Positions 29,176-39,331 of a DNA stretch of 64,000 nt are shown here, piece after piece. The stretch is from positions 224,001 to 288,000 of the forward strand of contig JAVRCV020000052.1 in assembly GCA_034530615.2 (NCBI GenBank), in the 5' to 3' direction. The notes under the pieces are model-generated. The model saw only the letters and a list, made by a program, of their open reading frames with translations, did no database searches and had not been told where the DNA came from. A program made the position numbers and the translations under genes. Position 1 is the first letter of the stretch, and each line of letters opens with the position of its first letter. This DNA is from Aulosira sp. ZfuVER01. Its GTDB lineage: Bacteria; Cyanobacteriota; Cyanobacteriia; Cyanobacteriales; Nostocaceae.

Positions 29176-32100
29176 GACAAACGAAAAGGCAATTTTTCGC
29201 AATCGCGTAGTTGATAAAGGCCAACTGAGAAATTTAATTTCTTGGTCTTTTGTAAATTACGGGACAGCACGTACCGCAGTCATGGCGGACAAATTGAAAG
29301 ACTTAGGATTTCGCTATGCTACTAAAGCTGGGGTGTCCATCAGTGTAGACGATTTGATGGTGCCACCTTCCAAGCGAGCACTCCTAGAAGCAGCCGAAGA
29401 AGAAATTCGGGCTACAGAAGCTCGTTACCAACGGGGTGAAATTACGGAAGTAGAACGCTTCCAAAAAGTAATTGATACCTGGAACGGTACCAGTGAAGCC
29501 CTGAAAGACGAAGTAGTCGTCCACTTTAAAAAGACCAATCCCCTCAACTCCGTGTACATGATGGCATTCTCCGGCGCACGGGGTAACATCTCCCAAGTTC
29601 GGCAGTTAGTAGGGATGCGGGGATTGATGGCAGATCCCCAAGGGGAAATTATTGACTTACCAATTAAAACCAACTTCCGCGAAGGACTCACCGTCACGGA
29701 ATACATTATTTCGTCTTACGGTGCCCGGAAAGGCTTGGTAGACACAGCTTTGCGGACGGCTGACTCTGGTTATCTCACCCGTCGTCTGGTGGACGTATCC
29801 CAGGATGTGATTATCCGGGAATTTGATTGCGGCACTACTAGAGGCATTCCTATCCGAGCGATGGTAGAAGGTGGGAAAACAAAAATTCCTCTATCTACAC
29901 GCCTACATGGACGCGTAATAGCGGAAGATGTGGTAGATCCTAAGACCAAAGAAGTAATAGCCCCACGCAATACCCCAGTATCAGATGAATTGGCCGCAAA
30001 AATTCAAAAATCTGGAGTCACTGAAGTCTTTGCGCGATCGCCTCTGACTTGTGAAGCTGCACGTTCGGTTTGCCAACACTGCTACGGTTGGAGTTTAGCC
30101 CATGCCAAGATGGTGGATTTGGGCGAAGCCGTCGGGATTATCGCCGCCCAAAGTATTGGTGAACCTGGTACCCAGCTAACCATGCGGACATTCCACACAG
30201 GTGGTGTATTTACCGGGGAAGTAGCGCAGCAAGTGCGTTCCAAAACAAATGGTACTATCCGTCTGCCACGTAAATTACGCACCAGACCATATCGTACCCG
30301 CCACGGTGAAGATGCTTTATTTGTGGAAGCCAACGGCGTGATTGTTTTGGAACCGAAAAAAGAAGGTTCTGAAACTGGAGTTCACCAAGAGATTAATGTA
30401 ACTCAAGGTTCCACCCTATACATCACTGATGGACAGCAGGTAAAAACCGGGCAGTTACTCGCAGAAGTCGCCCTCGGTGGACGGACAACTCGTGCTAACA
30501 CCGAAAAAGCGGTGAAAGATGTAGCTACCGACTTGGCTGGGGAAGTACAGTTTGCCGAAGTTGTACCCGAACAAAAAACAGACCGGCAAGGCAATACCAC
30601 CACTACAGCCGCACGCGGTGGTTTGATTTGGATTTTGTCTGGGGAAGTGTATAACTTGCCACCTGGTGCAGAATTGGTAGTGAAAAATGGCGATGCGATC
30701 GCCTCCAATGGTGTACTCGCAGAAACCAAATTAACTACCTTGCATGGTGGTGCAGTCCGCTTGCCCGAAGCTACCCCTGGCAAGAGTACCAGGGAGATTG
30801 AGATTATCACCGCTTCTGTGGTCTTAGACCAAGCTACAGTCACCGTTCAAAGCTCCCAAGGTCGTAACAACTACCTAGTCTCCACTGGGAACAACCAGGT
30901 ATTTAACCTCAGAGCGACTCCAGGCACAAAAGTGCAAAATGGTCAAGTAGTAGCCGAATTAATTGATGACCGCTATCGCACTACCACCGGGGGCTTCCTG
31001 AAATTCGCTGGTGTAGAAGTTCAGAAAAAAGGTAAAGCCAAGCTTGGTTATGAAGTGGTACAGGGAGGCACATTGCTGTGGATTCCCGAAGAAAGCCATG
31101 AGGTTAATAAAGATATTTCCTTGCTGTTGGTGGAAGACGGACAATTTGTAGAAGCTGGTACCGAAGTAGTTAAGGATATCTTCTGTCAAAACAGTGGTGT
31201 GATCGAAGTTACCCAGAAAAACGACATCTTGCGGGAAGTCGTGATTAAACCAGGTGAACTGCTGATGGTAGACGATCCCGAAGCAGTCATCGGGCGAGAC
31301 AACACCTTCATTCAGCCAGGGGAAGAATTCCAAGGCACAGTTGCCACAGAATTGCGCTATATCCAGTATGTGGAGTCACCAGAAGGGCCAGCTTTATTGA
31401 GCCGTCCAGTAGTGGAGTTTGCTGTCCCTAGTAATCCTGATGTGCCTTCGACTACATCAGTCAGCCAACAAACAGGGCGTTCGATTCAGTTGCGAGCAGT
31501 ACAAAGACTACCTTACAAAGATTCCGAACGTGTCAAGTCTGTGGAAGGCGTAGAACTGCTGCGTACCCAACTAGTGTTGGAAATTGAGCAAGAAGGCGAA
31601 CAAGACCATAACGCTTCTCCCTTAGCAGCCGATATCGAATTAATCCCCGATCCTGAAGACCCAGATGTTCAGCGCTTGCAGTTGGTGATTTTGGAGTCCT
31701 TGGTAATTCGTCGCGACATCGCTGCCGACGCTACTCAAGGTAGTACCCAAACCTCCCTAGAAGTACAGGATGGTCAAAGCATCGCCCCTGGTGCAGTCGT
31801 CGCCCGTACCCAAATCTTGTGTAAAGAAGGGGGTACAGTGCGGGGTGTGCAAAAAGGCGCAGAAAATGTCCGCCGCTGTTTGGTGTTACGTGACAGTGTT
31901 GACAAAATCACCATCAATACTAACGTCCAACCCAATGTCAAAGTGGGAGACTTGTTAGTAGAAGGCGCAGAAATTGCCCCTGGAGTCTTTGCTCCCGAAT
32001 CTGGGCAAGTCATGGATATCAAGAATACTGCTGCTAGTTCTGCTGCTAGTGAATCAGCCCTCAGTACTAAAAACTACTCCATTGCTCTGCGCGTTGGTCG

Positions 32101-33229
32101 TCCCTACCGAGTCAGCCCTGGCGCTGTGTTGCAAATAGAAGATGGGGATTTAGTACAGCGTGGTGATAATTTGGTGTTGCTGGTATTTGAACGTGCCAAA
32201 ACAGGGGACATTATTCAAGGTTTGCCCCGGATTGAGGAACTACTAGAAGCCCGCAAACCCAAAGAAGCTTGTATCTTGTGTCGTCGGGCTGGCGAAGTTA
32301 AGGTAGTTTACGGCGATGGTGATGAAGCGATCGCAGTTAAAGTCGTAGAACCGAATGGAGTAGTCACAGATTATCCTCTCGGCCCCGGACAAAACTTAGT
32401 GGTGACAGATGGCTCCCATGTGTTAGCGGGACAACCCCTCAGCGATGGCCCTTCCAACCCCCACGAAATTTTGGAAGTCTTCTTTAGCTTGGGTTCCGAA
32501 GATGGAGTCTATGCTTGTGCTAGCCATGCTTTACAGAAAGTGCAAACATTTCTGGTGAACGAAGTGCAGTTGGTGTATCAGTCTCAAGGTATTGATATTG
32601 CCGACAAACACATCGAAGTCATTGTTCGTCAGATGACCAATAAAGTCCGGATTGATGATGGTGGTGACACCACCATGCTTCCGGGAGAATTGGTGGAATT
32701 GCGCCAAGTTGAGCAAGTTAATGAAGCAATGGCAATTACTGGCGGTGCTAGGGCACAGTATACCCCTGTATTGTTAGGGATAACCAAAGCATCCTTGAAC
32801 ACCGACAGCTTCATTTCTGCCGCTTCTTTCCAAGAAACCACCAGAGTATTAACTGAAGCCGCCATTGAAGGTAAATCTGACTGGCTGCGGGGGTTAAAAG
32901 AAAACGTGATTATCGGACGATTGATTCCTGCTGGAACTGGGTATAACGCCTATGAAGAAACAGGAGCAATTGATGATTACGCGGCACTGGAAAGTAACAG
33001 CGTCTTAGATGAAGTTGACGATCCGTTAGATATGGTGCTAGATGACCGCACAGCTCGCACCTACAACTTAGATTCTCCTTCTCTTGTCGAACCTACATTT
33101 GGTGGTAGACGTGCAGAACGGTCTATCTTAGATGACGATGACTTAATTGCTGATGAAGTCACAGATCTTGTAGAAGAAGATGAAGAGGATGACTACGAGG
33201 AAGACGACGAAGACGATTACGATGAATAA
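29174..33229 (+). CDS. rpoC2: RNA polymerase beta' subunit (C-terminal part)
   Basis: [40 protein letters not shown], large SI3 insertion, SAASFQETT. Confidence 0.99.
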   Translation: MTNEKAIFRNRVVDKGQLRNLISWSFVNYGTARTAVMADKLKDLGFRYATKAGVSISVDDLMVPPSKRALLEAAEEEIRATEARYQRGEITEVERFQKVIDTWNGTSEALKDEVVVHFKKTNPLNSVYMMAFSGARGNISQVRQLVGMRGLMADPQGEIIDLPIKTNFREGLTVTEYIISSYGARKGLVDTALRTADSGYLTRRLVDVSQDVIIREFDCGTTRGIPIRAMVEGGKTKIPLSTRLHGRVIAEDVVDPKTKEVIAPRNTPVSDELAAKIQKSGVTEVFARSPLTCEAARSVCQHCYGWSLAHAKMVDLGEAVGIIAAQSIGEPGTQLTMRTFHTGGVFTGEVAQQVRSKTNGTIRLPRKLRTRPYRTRHGEDALFVEANGVIVLEPKKEGSETGVHQEINVTQGSTLYITDGQQVKTGQLLAEVALGGRTTRANTEKAVKDVATDLAGEVQFAEVVPEQKTDRQGNTTTTAARGGLIWILSGEVYNLPPGAELVVKNGDAIASNGVLAETKLTTLHGGAVRLPEATPGKSTREIEIITASVVLDQATVTVQSSQGRNNYLVSTGNNQVFNLRATPGTKVQNGQVVAELIDDRYRTTTGGFLKFAGVEVQKKGKAKLGYEVVQGGTLLWIPEESHEVNKDISLLLVEDGQFVEAGTEVVKDIFCQNSGVIEVTQKNDILREVVIKPGELLMVDDPEAVIGRDNTFIQPGEEFQGTVATELRYIQYVESPEGPALLSRPVVEFAVPSNPDVPSTTSVSQQTGRSIQLRAVQRLPYKDSERVKSVEGVELLRTQLVLEIEQEGEQDHNASPLAADIELIPDPEDPDVQRLQLVILESLVIRRDIAADATQGSTQTSLEVQDGQSIAPGAVVARTQILCKEGGTVRGVQKGAENVRRCLVLRDSVDKITINTNVQPNVKVGDLLVEGAEIAPGVFAPESGQVMDIKNTAASSAASESALSTKNYSIALRVGRPYRVSPGAVLQIEDGDLVQRGDNLVLLVFERAKTGDIIQGLPRIEELLEARKPKEACILCRRAGEVKVVYGDGDEAIAVKVVEPNGVVTDYPLGPGQNLVVTDGSHVLAGQPLSDGPSNPHEILEVFFSLGSEDGVYACASHALQKVQTFLVNEVQLVYQSQGIDIADKHIEVIVRQMTNKVRIDDGGDTTMLPGELVELRQVEQVNEAMAITGGARAQYTPVLLGITKASLNTDSFISAASFQETTRVLTEAAIEGKSDWLRGLKENVIIGRLIPAGTGYNAYEETGAIDDYAALESNSVLDEVDDPLDMVLDDRTARTYNLDSPSLVEPTFGGRRAERSILDDDDLIADEVTDLVEEDEEDDYEEDDEDDYDE

Positions 33230-33241
33230 TCCTAAACGTTA

Positions 33242-33340
33242 AGTAGTGCTGAGTAATGAGTACCGATTATTTTCTGGCTCATTACTACACTACTTCGATA
33301 AAAATTAATCAAGGCAAAAGAGAATTTTCTTTTGTCTTTT
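33242..33340. terminator. Hairpins between convergent rpoC2 and the GH5 gene
   Basis: agtaatgag...ctcattact with outer gtagtg/cactac; second hairpin aggcaaaaga...tcttttgtct followed by a T-run. Confidence 0.5.
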
Positions 33341-34942
33341 TTATTTGGAAATTTTTACTTCTATTTGCCGCATCTGATAATCTGAACCCAACTTATTAGC
33401 GCAAAAACCAATATCTCTCGATTGATTTGGCTCAATTACCCTTCCCCAATCCAAAGGAGTCACAAGATATTGTGTTGCTCCTTGCTGTTGAAAATTAGCA
33501 TTCCAAGAGTTATTAATCCTAGCTTGATTCAGATGAAATGTGAGTTGCCAGTTATTCACCTTAGTATTGCCTGAATTAATAATTTTCAGGTTGGTACAAA
33601 GTCCCGTTTCCCAATTAGCATAAATGTTAGTCGTTACTTGCAGTTGGGCTGTTGATAAAGGAGTTGCGATGATGGGGGAACTTGGAGATGAGGAGACATC
33701 CTGTTGACTAACTTCCATAGATGGCAGCAGTTGAGATAATAATTGCTGCTTGGGGCGATCGTAATTTTGCCAGTCATCTAGCAAGATACCGCCTGTATCA
33801 CCACTATTAGGATTCCAACTCCAGTAGGCAAAGCTTAAGTTATTCTTCTGGATATATTTCACAAATTTATTTTGCCAAATACCCTCTGGGGAAATATTGT
33901 CTACTTGTCGTCCCCCAAACTCGCCAATCAAAATCGGCGCAATATTTTGACTAGAAATATAGTTAAAGCCTGTTTGCCAGCGCTCAATGAGATTTTTCGG
34001 AAAGTTAGATTCTGAAAAGTAAGATTGATTAAACACTCCTGGGCCATACTCATGGGGAGAATAGATGAGCTTATGGCGACGAGATAAGCGTACTGGGTAG
34101 CGCTTGACACCTTCTAAGTTACCACCTTGCCAATGCTGCTTTAGTTTCTGACCAGGAACATTCTTCTCTACACCTTCAACGATAATTAGCCAGTTAGGAT
34201 TGACACTAAGAATAGCATTGCCTGCGCGTTCTGCTGCTAGTCGCCAGTCGGTAGCTAAGTCGTTAGTACCCCAACTAGCTTGTCCGTGCGGTTCATTTTT
34301 TAAATCTGCACCAATGACATTAGCTTGATTTTTGTATCTTTCTGCTAACATTTTCCAAGTATCGATCCAGTCTACTTCTGTAAAACCGTCTCCATACCAA
34401 AGTTCGGGAATCTTTTGATCGTTGAGGCGATGACTGTCGAGTAGGATAAATAATCCTTGCTTTTCAGCTTCCTGAATAATTAAATCCATGACTTCCAAAG
34501 GTGTTTTGCCTTGGAGTTCTATATTGCTACCGATAGTAAAGTCAATACCACTGACATCAGGCGATGCCTGGGGCGGCAAGCTACGCAAGCCTGCCACTGA
34601 ATAAGGCAACCGAATCAGATTATACCCAAGCATTTTAATCTGGGCCAGCATATCCTTATAATCTCGCCGCCATAATCCATGAGGCACATGTGTCTCTGTT
34701 TCCATACCAAACCAGTTCACCCCTCGCAATACCACCACCTTGCCTCTAGCATCGACAATTTTTGCACCCAAGGTGGAAAGCGGTAGCTGTATTGTCATCG
34801 CCGCACTGGCAACACTCAGTTGGCTATGGGCAGGCAATTGTGTCACACTCCCTAGCAAAAACACCACTAAAGTTACGAAAAATAAGAGCAATTGTTTACG
34901 CCACCTAAATTTTTTTGGTTTATTTTTAGAGATTTTTCGCAT
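33341..34942 (-). CDS. Secreted GH5 endoglucanase with C-terminal CBM2
   Basis: Signal/TM; GVNWFGME, IRLPYS, DLKNEPHG (acid/base Glu), SPHEYGP, IGEFGG (nucleophile), WSWNPNSGDTGG; Ser/Pro linker; CBM2 pattern W..G.C...WQLTF...SWNA...GFCA. Confidence 0.9.
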   Translation of the reverse strand: MRKISKNKPKKFRWRKQLLLFFVTLVVFLLGSVTQLPAHSQLSVASAAMTIQLPLSTLGAKIVDARGKVVVLRGVNWFGMETETHVPHGLWRRDYKDMLAQIKMLGYNLIRLPYSVAGLRSLPPQASPDVSGIDFTIGSNIELQGKTPLEVMDLIIQEAEKQGLFILLDSHRLNDQKIPELWYGDGFTEVDWIDTWKMLAERYKNQANVIGADLKNEPHGQASWGTNDLATDWRLAAERAGNAILSVNPNWLIIVEGVEKNVPGQKLKQHWQGGNLEGVKRYPVRLSRRHKLIYSPHEYGPGVFNQSYFSESNFPKNLIERWQTGFNYISSQNIAPILIGEFGGRQVDNISPEGIWQNKFVKYIQKNNLSFAYWSWNPNSGDTGGILLDDWQNYDRPKQQLLSQLLPSMEVSQQDVSSSPSSPIIATPLSTAQLQVTTNIYANWETGLCTNLKIINSGNTKVNNWQLTFHLNQARINNSWNANFQQQGATQYLVTPLDWGRVIEPNQSRDIGFCANKLGSDYQMRQIEVKISK

Positions 34943-35470
34943 AGTTTTAATTACCTTGCATATAAGTCGAGATTCTCAACCAATGATTCAAATCTTTATG
35001 CATTATGTTTTATATAAACACTCTCATCTTGAAATCTGATTATTTAAACTAATTTGCCATAGATAACAGTTTATCTTAGTAAGAGATACCATAATTCTGC
35101 TGATGTACAGGTATGATTGAGATGATTTTTTGTTCTAAGGTAGCAATTCTTCCAACTAGTCTGCACTAGCTTTTATAGAGTAATTTTTATTACTAAATGT
35201 TCCTGACTCTGTGCAAATATTAGAAATCAATTATCATATAAAGCTATATATAGTAAGCTTTTAAGCCTTACCCGTGTGTACTCAAGATTATTTTTATACT
35301 AGTAAGTTAGTGATTAAATTTACGAAAAATTTAACTACTTTTCTAACTTCTTCATGGCTCTCATATTGCACATCAGACATGAAGAGAATAAGTTGGATAC
35401 TAATGCAGTACAAATATTCACTAACCGCTGAAGAGCTATCAAAGCTATATATGGGCAGCGGTAATTAGCC

Positions 35471-36349
35471 ATGCTGCAATCTACCCATTGTTTTATTGAA
35501 CAAATAACCCAAGTTTTAAATATGTCTCTATCTGCATTGCAAAAATTTTTTCTTCCACCTATTATCGCTTCTTGTGGTGTATTTTCATTAATGTCATTTC
35601 CCCTCGCTGCATTAGGGGAAAAGCAAATTGCTATTAAATTTCAAGAAGAACCTATTTTTTATGGCAAACTCAGAGATGTTGCTATTCCTTACGTGATATT
35701 ATCAACGGCACTTAGTGTAGGAGCCGGGATATCCGCTGCCGCCTTCTGCGGTTGGCGACACTCTTCTCAGAAATCAGCAAAATATCAGCAGGAATTATCT
35801 AATTTAGAACAAAATCTAAAGGAAAAAGAAACCTTACTCAAGGAGATCAAACTCTCAGAGTCTCGCCTACAAGTATCTGGATTGAAAGCTTTTTTGGATG
35901 ATGAAGTACCTTTAGACCACACTCTGATTGCAAACACTCTACCTACAACCATATCCCAACCTGTTGTAATACAAACTCCAGCACTGATATATGAACAGCC
36001 AGTTAATGCTGTGCCGCAGGTTGCAACCAAACAAAATAACACTACAACTGCTAAAACTGTGACAGCTAGTTCTAATTTTGCATCTGCCCAAACTTTTCTG
36101 AGTTATGCTCAAGCAAATCCAAACAATATAGAAGAGTCTGTTGCAGCAGATGAAGCTAATAAAACAACAATCACATCATCTGAGTTTGAAGAGTTACAAA
36201 AACAACTGAGGGAGATGATATTGCAAATGCAGACAATGCAGAACAATTTGCGAGTTATGCCCCCAGCAACAAATGCTGCGGCAAAAAACACAGATAAATT
36301 TGAGATCTACTATGATGCTTCCAGTGGCAATGAGTTTCAGTTGCATTAA
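35471..36349 (+). CDS. Hypothetical membrane protein (2 TM plus coiled coil)
   Basis: 292-aa ORF; two hydrophobic segments, heptad region ELSNLEQNLKEKETLLKEIKL; start may be downstream at MSLSAL. Confidence 0.7.
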   Translation: MLQSTHCFIEQITQVLNMSLSALQKFFLPPIIASCGVFSLMSFPLAALGEKQIAIKFQEEPIFYGKLRDVAIPYVILSTALSVGAGISAAAFCGWRHSSQKSAKYQQELSNLEQNLKEKETLLKEIKLSESRLQVSGLKAFLDDEVPLDHTLIANTLPTTISQPVVIQTPALIYEQPVNAVPQVATKQNNTTTAKTVTASSNFASAQTFLSYAQANPNNIEESVAADEANKTTITSSEFEELQKQLREMILQMQTMQNNLRVMPPATNAAAKNTDKFEIYYDASSGNEFQLH

Positions 36350-36356
36350 ACTCACA

Positions 36357-36487
36357 TAAGTAAGTCGGCGGGAATAAACCAAACTATGTTACGCAATGTA
36401 AACATGGTTAAAACCCTTACAATGACCAATGATAAAGGACAAATGGCAGACCTCTCCAGTTGTCTTTAATTGCACCGACCTAACTTA
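36357..36487. mobile_element. MITE-like element of about 130 bp with imperfect terminal inverted repeats
   Basis: Left end TAAGTAAGTCGGCGGGAATAAA versus reverse complement of right end TAAGTTAGGTCGGTGCAATTAAA; TA at both termini; no ORF. Confidence 0.6.
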
Positions 36488-36501
36488 ATACTCAATAAAA
36501 G

Positions 36502-36541
36502 CCACAGATAAACACCGATAATTATCGGTGTTTATCTGTGG
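36502..36541. repeat. Perfect 40-bp palindrome (likely bidirectional terminator or REP-like)
   Basis: CCACAGATAAACACCGATAA|TTATCGGTGTTTATCTGTGG between convergent genes. Confidence 0.85.
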
Positions 36542-36576
36542 TTCGATATAAAAAACATCATGCGCTAAATTTATAT

Positions 36577-37365
36577 TTAGCGCAAAAACTCGGAAGGAAG
36601 TAGAGAAGCATTAGTCTGTCTAGATTTCGCAGGTGCTATTAATGTAGCTCTTGTCACCTTGGGTTCTGGCAGAATTTGATATCGATTTCCCCAACCGCCA
36701 TTGAGATCTTCTGGTTGTGGAAGAGGTGGTATTGTCTTCCCTGTAGGCAGGGGGATTAATAAAGTTTGACTTGCTTGTGTATACTTTTCACCTTCGTTAG
36801 TAAAGCGCACTAACTTACCTTCAAGCTGGTAATTTTCAGGCTTCAGCTTTTCCTGTGATTTATGATTATCTGACTTTTCCCACTGACCAACAGGATCAAA
36901 AGTAGCAATAAATGTCACATTACTTTCGGGGGTGAGTTTCATCGGTGTTTGATTGGCTTGCCATACTTCCTCAAAACTACCATCAGGTGCGACTTGCCAT
37001 AGATTCAAATCGGCTTGCCATTTTCCCTGTTTCACTTGCACAATTTGGCGATCCAAAATAGAACGTTTCGTATTGGCATCAGAGTTTAGCAATGCTCCTA
37101 TTTGTTCTGCTTTAGGACGTAAATAGCGGACTGCTACCACACTAATGCGGCTAGACTCAGGTAAATTTGTACTACCGCTTATTCGGTATAAACTTTGACC
37201 TGATAATATTTGGACATTTTTAATGTCTAGTTGGGTTTCTACTGATGCTTGTTTAACACAGCCATAATTTCCAAGCAACAGCATGAGAGAGGTAAATACT
37301 AAAGGAAAAACGGCAGTTTTATTCTTGATTTGTTGGCAAATATGCTGAAAATACAAATTTAACAT
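36577..37365 (-). CDS. Hypothetical lipoprotein divergent from the cellulose synthase operon
   Basis: Probable ATG at 37365; hydrophobic stretch ending in LGNYGC lipobox-like; ISGSTNLPE beta-rich domain. Confidence 0.65.
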   Translation of the reverse strand: MLNLYFQHICQQIKNKTAVFPLVFTSLMLLLGNYGCVKQASVETQLDIKNVQILSGQSLYRISGSTNLPESSRISVVAVRYLRPKAEQIGALLNSDANTKRSILDRQIVQVKQGKWQADLNLWQVAPDGSFEEVWQANQTPMKLTPESNVTFIATFDPVGQWEKSDNHKSQEKLKPENYQLEGKLVRFTNEGEKYTQASQTLLIPLPTGKTIPPLPQPEDLNGGWGNRYQILPEPKVTRATLIAPAKSRQTNASLLPSEFLR

Positions 37366-37579
37366 CAGAAAATTAGGTTTTAGAGATTTTAAAGCTACAT
37401 AACTGAGTTTTATATTTATTTTGCCCAATTTATTCGCAAAAAATGCAAGCTTTACCAATCTTTAACATAGTTGTTTTGAAAAATATAAAATCTATTTATA
37501 TAGAGGTTAATACAGAGAATATTTGCTAAAGTGGCAACATCAATAAAGTAAAGACTTACTTGTAAATTCAACTAGGCTC

Positions 37580-39331
37580 ATGAGCCAAAAAGTATTAAAT
37601 TGTCTTAGATTTACTTTTGCAAAACAGCCCCAGAAGGTGCATTTACTGCTGAGTGGTGTCGCAGTCTCGATTTTTTGGATACTGGCTGTGAATGAAGCGT
37701 CTTTAGCGCAAGTAGATCCTAATCAACAAGAAGCTAAAGATTTCCAATTGGGCAATACAAAATTGTTACCAGTACCGCAATCATCCATACCTGGAGGTCA
37801 ATCAATACCAAGATTGCAGACAGTACCTCCGCCACCAACAACAGATAGTATAGCGATGCCTGCGGCGGGCTACGCCTATGCACCGATTGCCAATCCCATA
37901 CTAAAAGCTGTGCCACAGCAACCAGTAAATAATCTCCAGCAACAGGAGACTAGCTTTATCCAACAGCAGGTAAAGCCAAGAGCCAATTCTGTTACACCCC
38001 AGGTTGCAAAGCCAAAAAAAGGTGTACAGACTGCAGTTAGTGGGGAGAATTCTGACCTCGGCTTGGGATTGTTGAGGCCGATAGAAAACTCCCCGCAACA
38101 AATGCCCTTACTTCCTAGTAAGGTTGCAGATCAAGAATTTGCTGCACCTACAGCACCAACTTTTAACCAAGTACTTAACTCGCAAACAGCCCCATTACCG
38201 CCACTTCCTGACACAACGACCACGCCGCAATCTAATGTCACCACCCCAACCCCAACTTTTAATCAACTACTAACTACCCCAACTCCGGTTTCGCCAACAC
38301 AACCAAAAACAATAGCTAGTCAACAGCGTCCTGTATTCACTAGCAGTGCTTTAAGAGAACCCTTTTTACAATTTCAAGGTGTCTATGTCACTCAAGGAGG
38401 TGATACGTCAGCACGGGCAAGAGTTACAGGAGTTTACCCACTCTCTCCTCAAGCTTTATTTGGGGCGACTTTAGACTTAACAAGTCAAGGTAGCAGCTTT
38501 GATGATTCTAGAAAAGAGGGTTTAAATATCAACGAGCTTTATTTAGCCACTTCCATCGCCGGCATCCCTAATCTGCGATTTGTGGTAGGTCAAATAGATT
38601 TAACGTCCTATTTTGACCGTAATAGCTTTGCCAAAGATGGAGCTAGCCAATTTTTTAACCCAGTATTTCAAACCAACCCAGCATTAGCAGCAACAGGAAT
38701 TGCTTCTCGTCCCAGTTTGTTAGTTAACTGGAGTGTCACCGACAATATTGAAGCGAAAGCAGCAGTTTTTTCCTCAGCAGACAAAATCAGTGACTTTTCC
38801 TTAGATGGATTTGCAGGAGAAGTTGCCGTTCGTTACGGAAATGCGATTATTCGTGGTACTTATGCCTCAGATCGTGATGCTGGTGTTCGCGATAGCTTTG
38901 CTGAAAGCTATAGCATTGCTAGGGGAAATAATCAATTTGGGCCGATCAAAACTGATCGCGAAGAAGCATACAGTTTGAACGCCGAAGTCTTTATACCCAA
39001 TTTGAAATTAGGTGTTTTTGGGCGTTATGGTCGCTACGAAAACCGTGACCTAGGAGAAGGCGCAAATACCTACGTCTTAGGAGCTACCTTCTTGGATTTA
39101 TTTACCCGAGACGATCGCCTCGGTTTAGCTTATGGGCGTGCTTTATCAAACGATAGCTTGCGTCGTGGAAATACACCAGATGTCTTGGAACTTTACTACG
39201 ATTTTCAACTTGTACCCAATCTGCGGTTAGGTTTTACAGTTCAAGGACGTGATAATTTCTCAGAAACTGTTGTAGGTGTCAGGGTGAAATCAGAATTTAA
39301 TGTGACTCCAAGCGGGAGAGTTGCTCGATGA
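37580..39331 (+). CDS. Outer-membrane beta-barrel protein (carbohydrate porin-like) with long Pro/Gln/Thr-rich N-terminus
   Basis: Signal peptide, low-complexity region, alternating beta strands; GQIDLTSYFDRNSFA, FFNPVF, DRLGLAYG, ELYYDFQL resemble OprB-type porin C-termini. Confidence 0.65.
   Translation: MSQKVLNCLRFTFAKQPQKVHLLLSGVAVSIFWILAVNEASLAQVDPNQQEAKDFQLGNTKLLPVPQSSIPGGQSIPRLQTVPPPPTTDSIAMPAAGYAYAPIANPILKAVPQQPVNNLQQQETSFIQQQVKPRANSVTPQVAKPKKGVQTAVSGENSDLGLGLLRPIENSPQQMPLLPSKVADQEFAAPTAPTFNQVLNSQTAPLPPLPDTTTTPQSNVTTPTPTFNQLLTTPTPVSPTQPKTIASQQRPVFTSSALREPFLQFQGVYVTQGGDTSARARVTGVYPLSPQALFGATLDLTSQGSSFDDSRKEGLNINELYLATSIAGIPNLRFVVGQIDLTSYFDRNSFAKDGASQFFNPVFQTNPALAATGIASRPSLLVNWSVTDNIEAKAAVFSSADKISDFSLDGFAGEVAVRYGNAIIRGTYASDRDAGVRDSFAESYSIARGNNQFGPIKTDREEAYSLNAEVFIPNLKLGVFGRYGRYENRDLGEGANTYVLGATFLDLFTRDDRLGLAYGRALSNDSLRRGNTPDVLELYYDFQLVPNLRLGFTVQGRDNFSETVVGVRVKSEFNVTPSGRVAR

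Noticed and set aside
24270..32865. Numerous antisense and alternate-frame ORFs inside rpoB/rpoC1/rpoC2
   Set aside because: Expected shadow ORFs of long, codon-biased genes, with no independent signals.
27239..33229. Split beta' and the large insertion in rpoC2 as a novelty or intein
   Set aside because: The rpoC1/rpoC2 split and the SI3 insertion are standard in cyanobacteria; no intein terminal motifs were seen.
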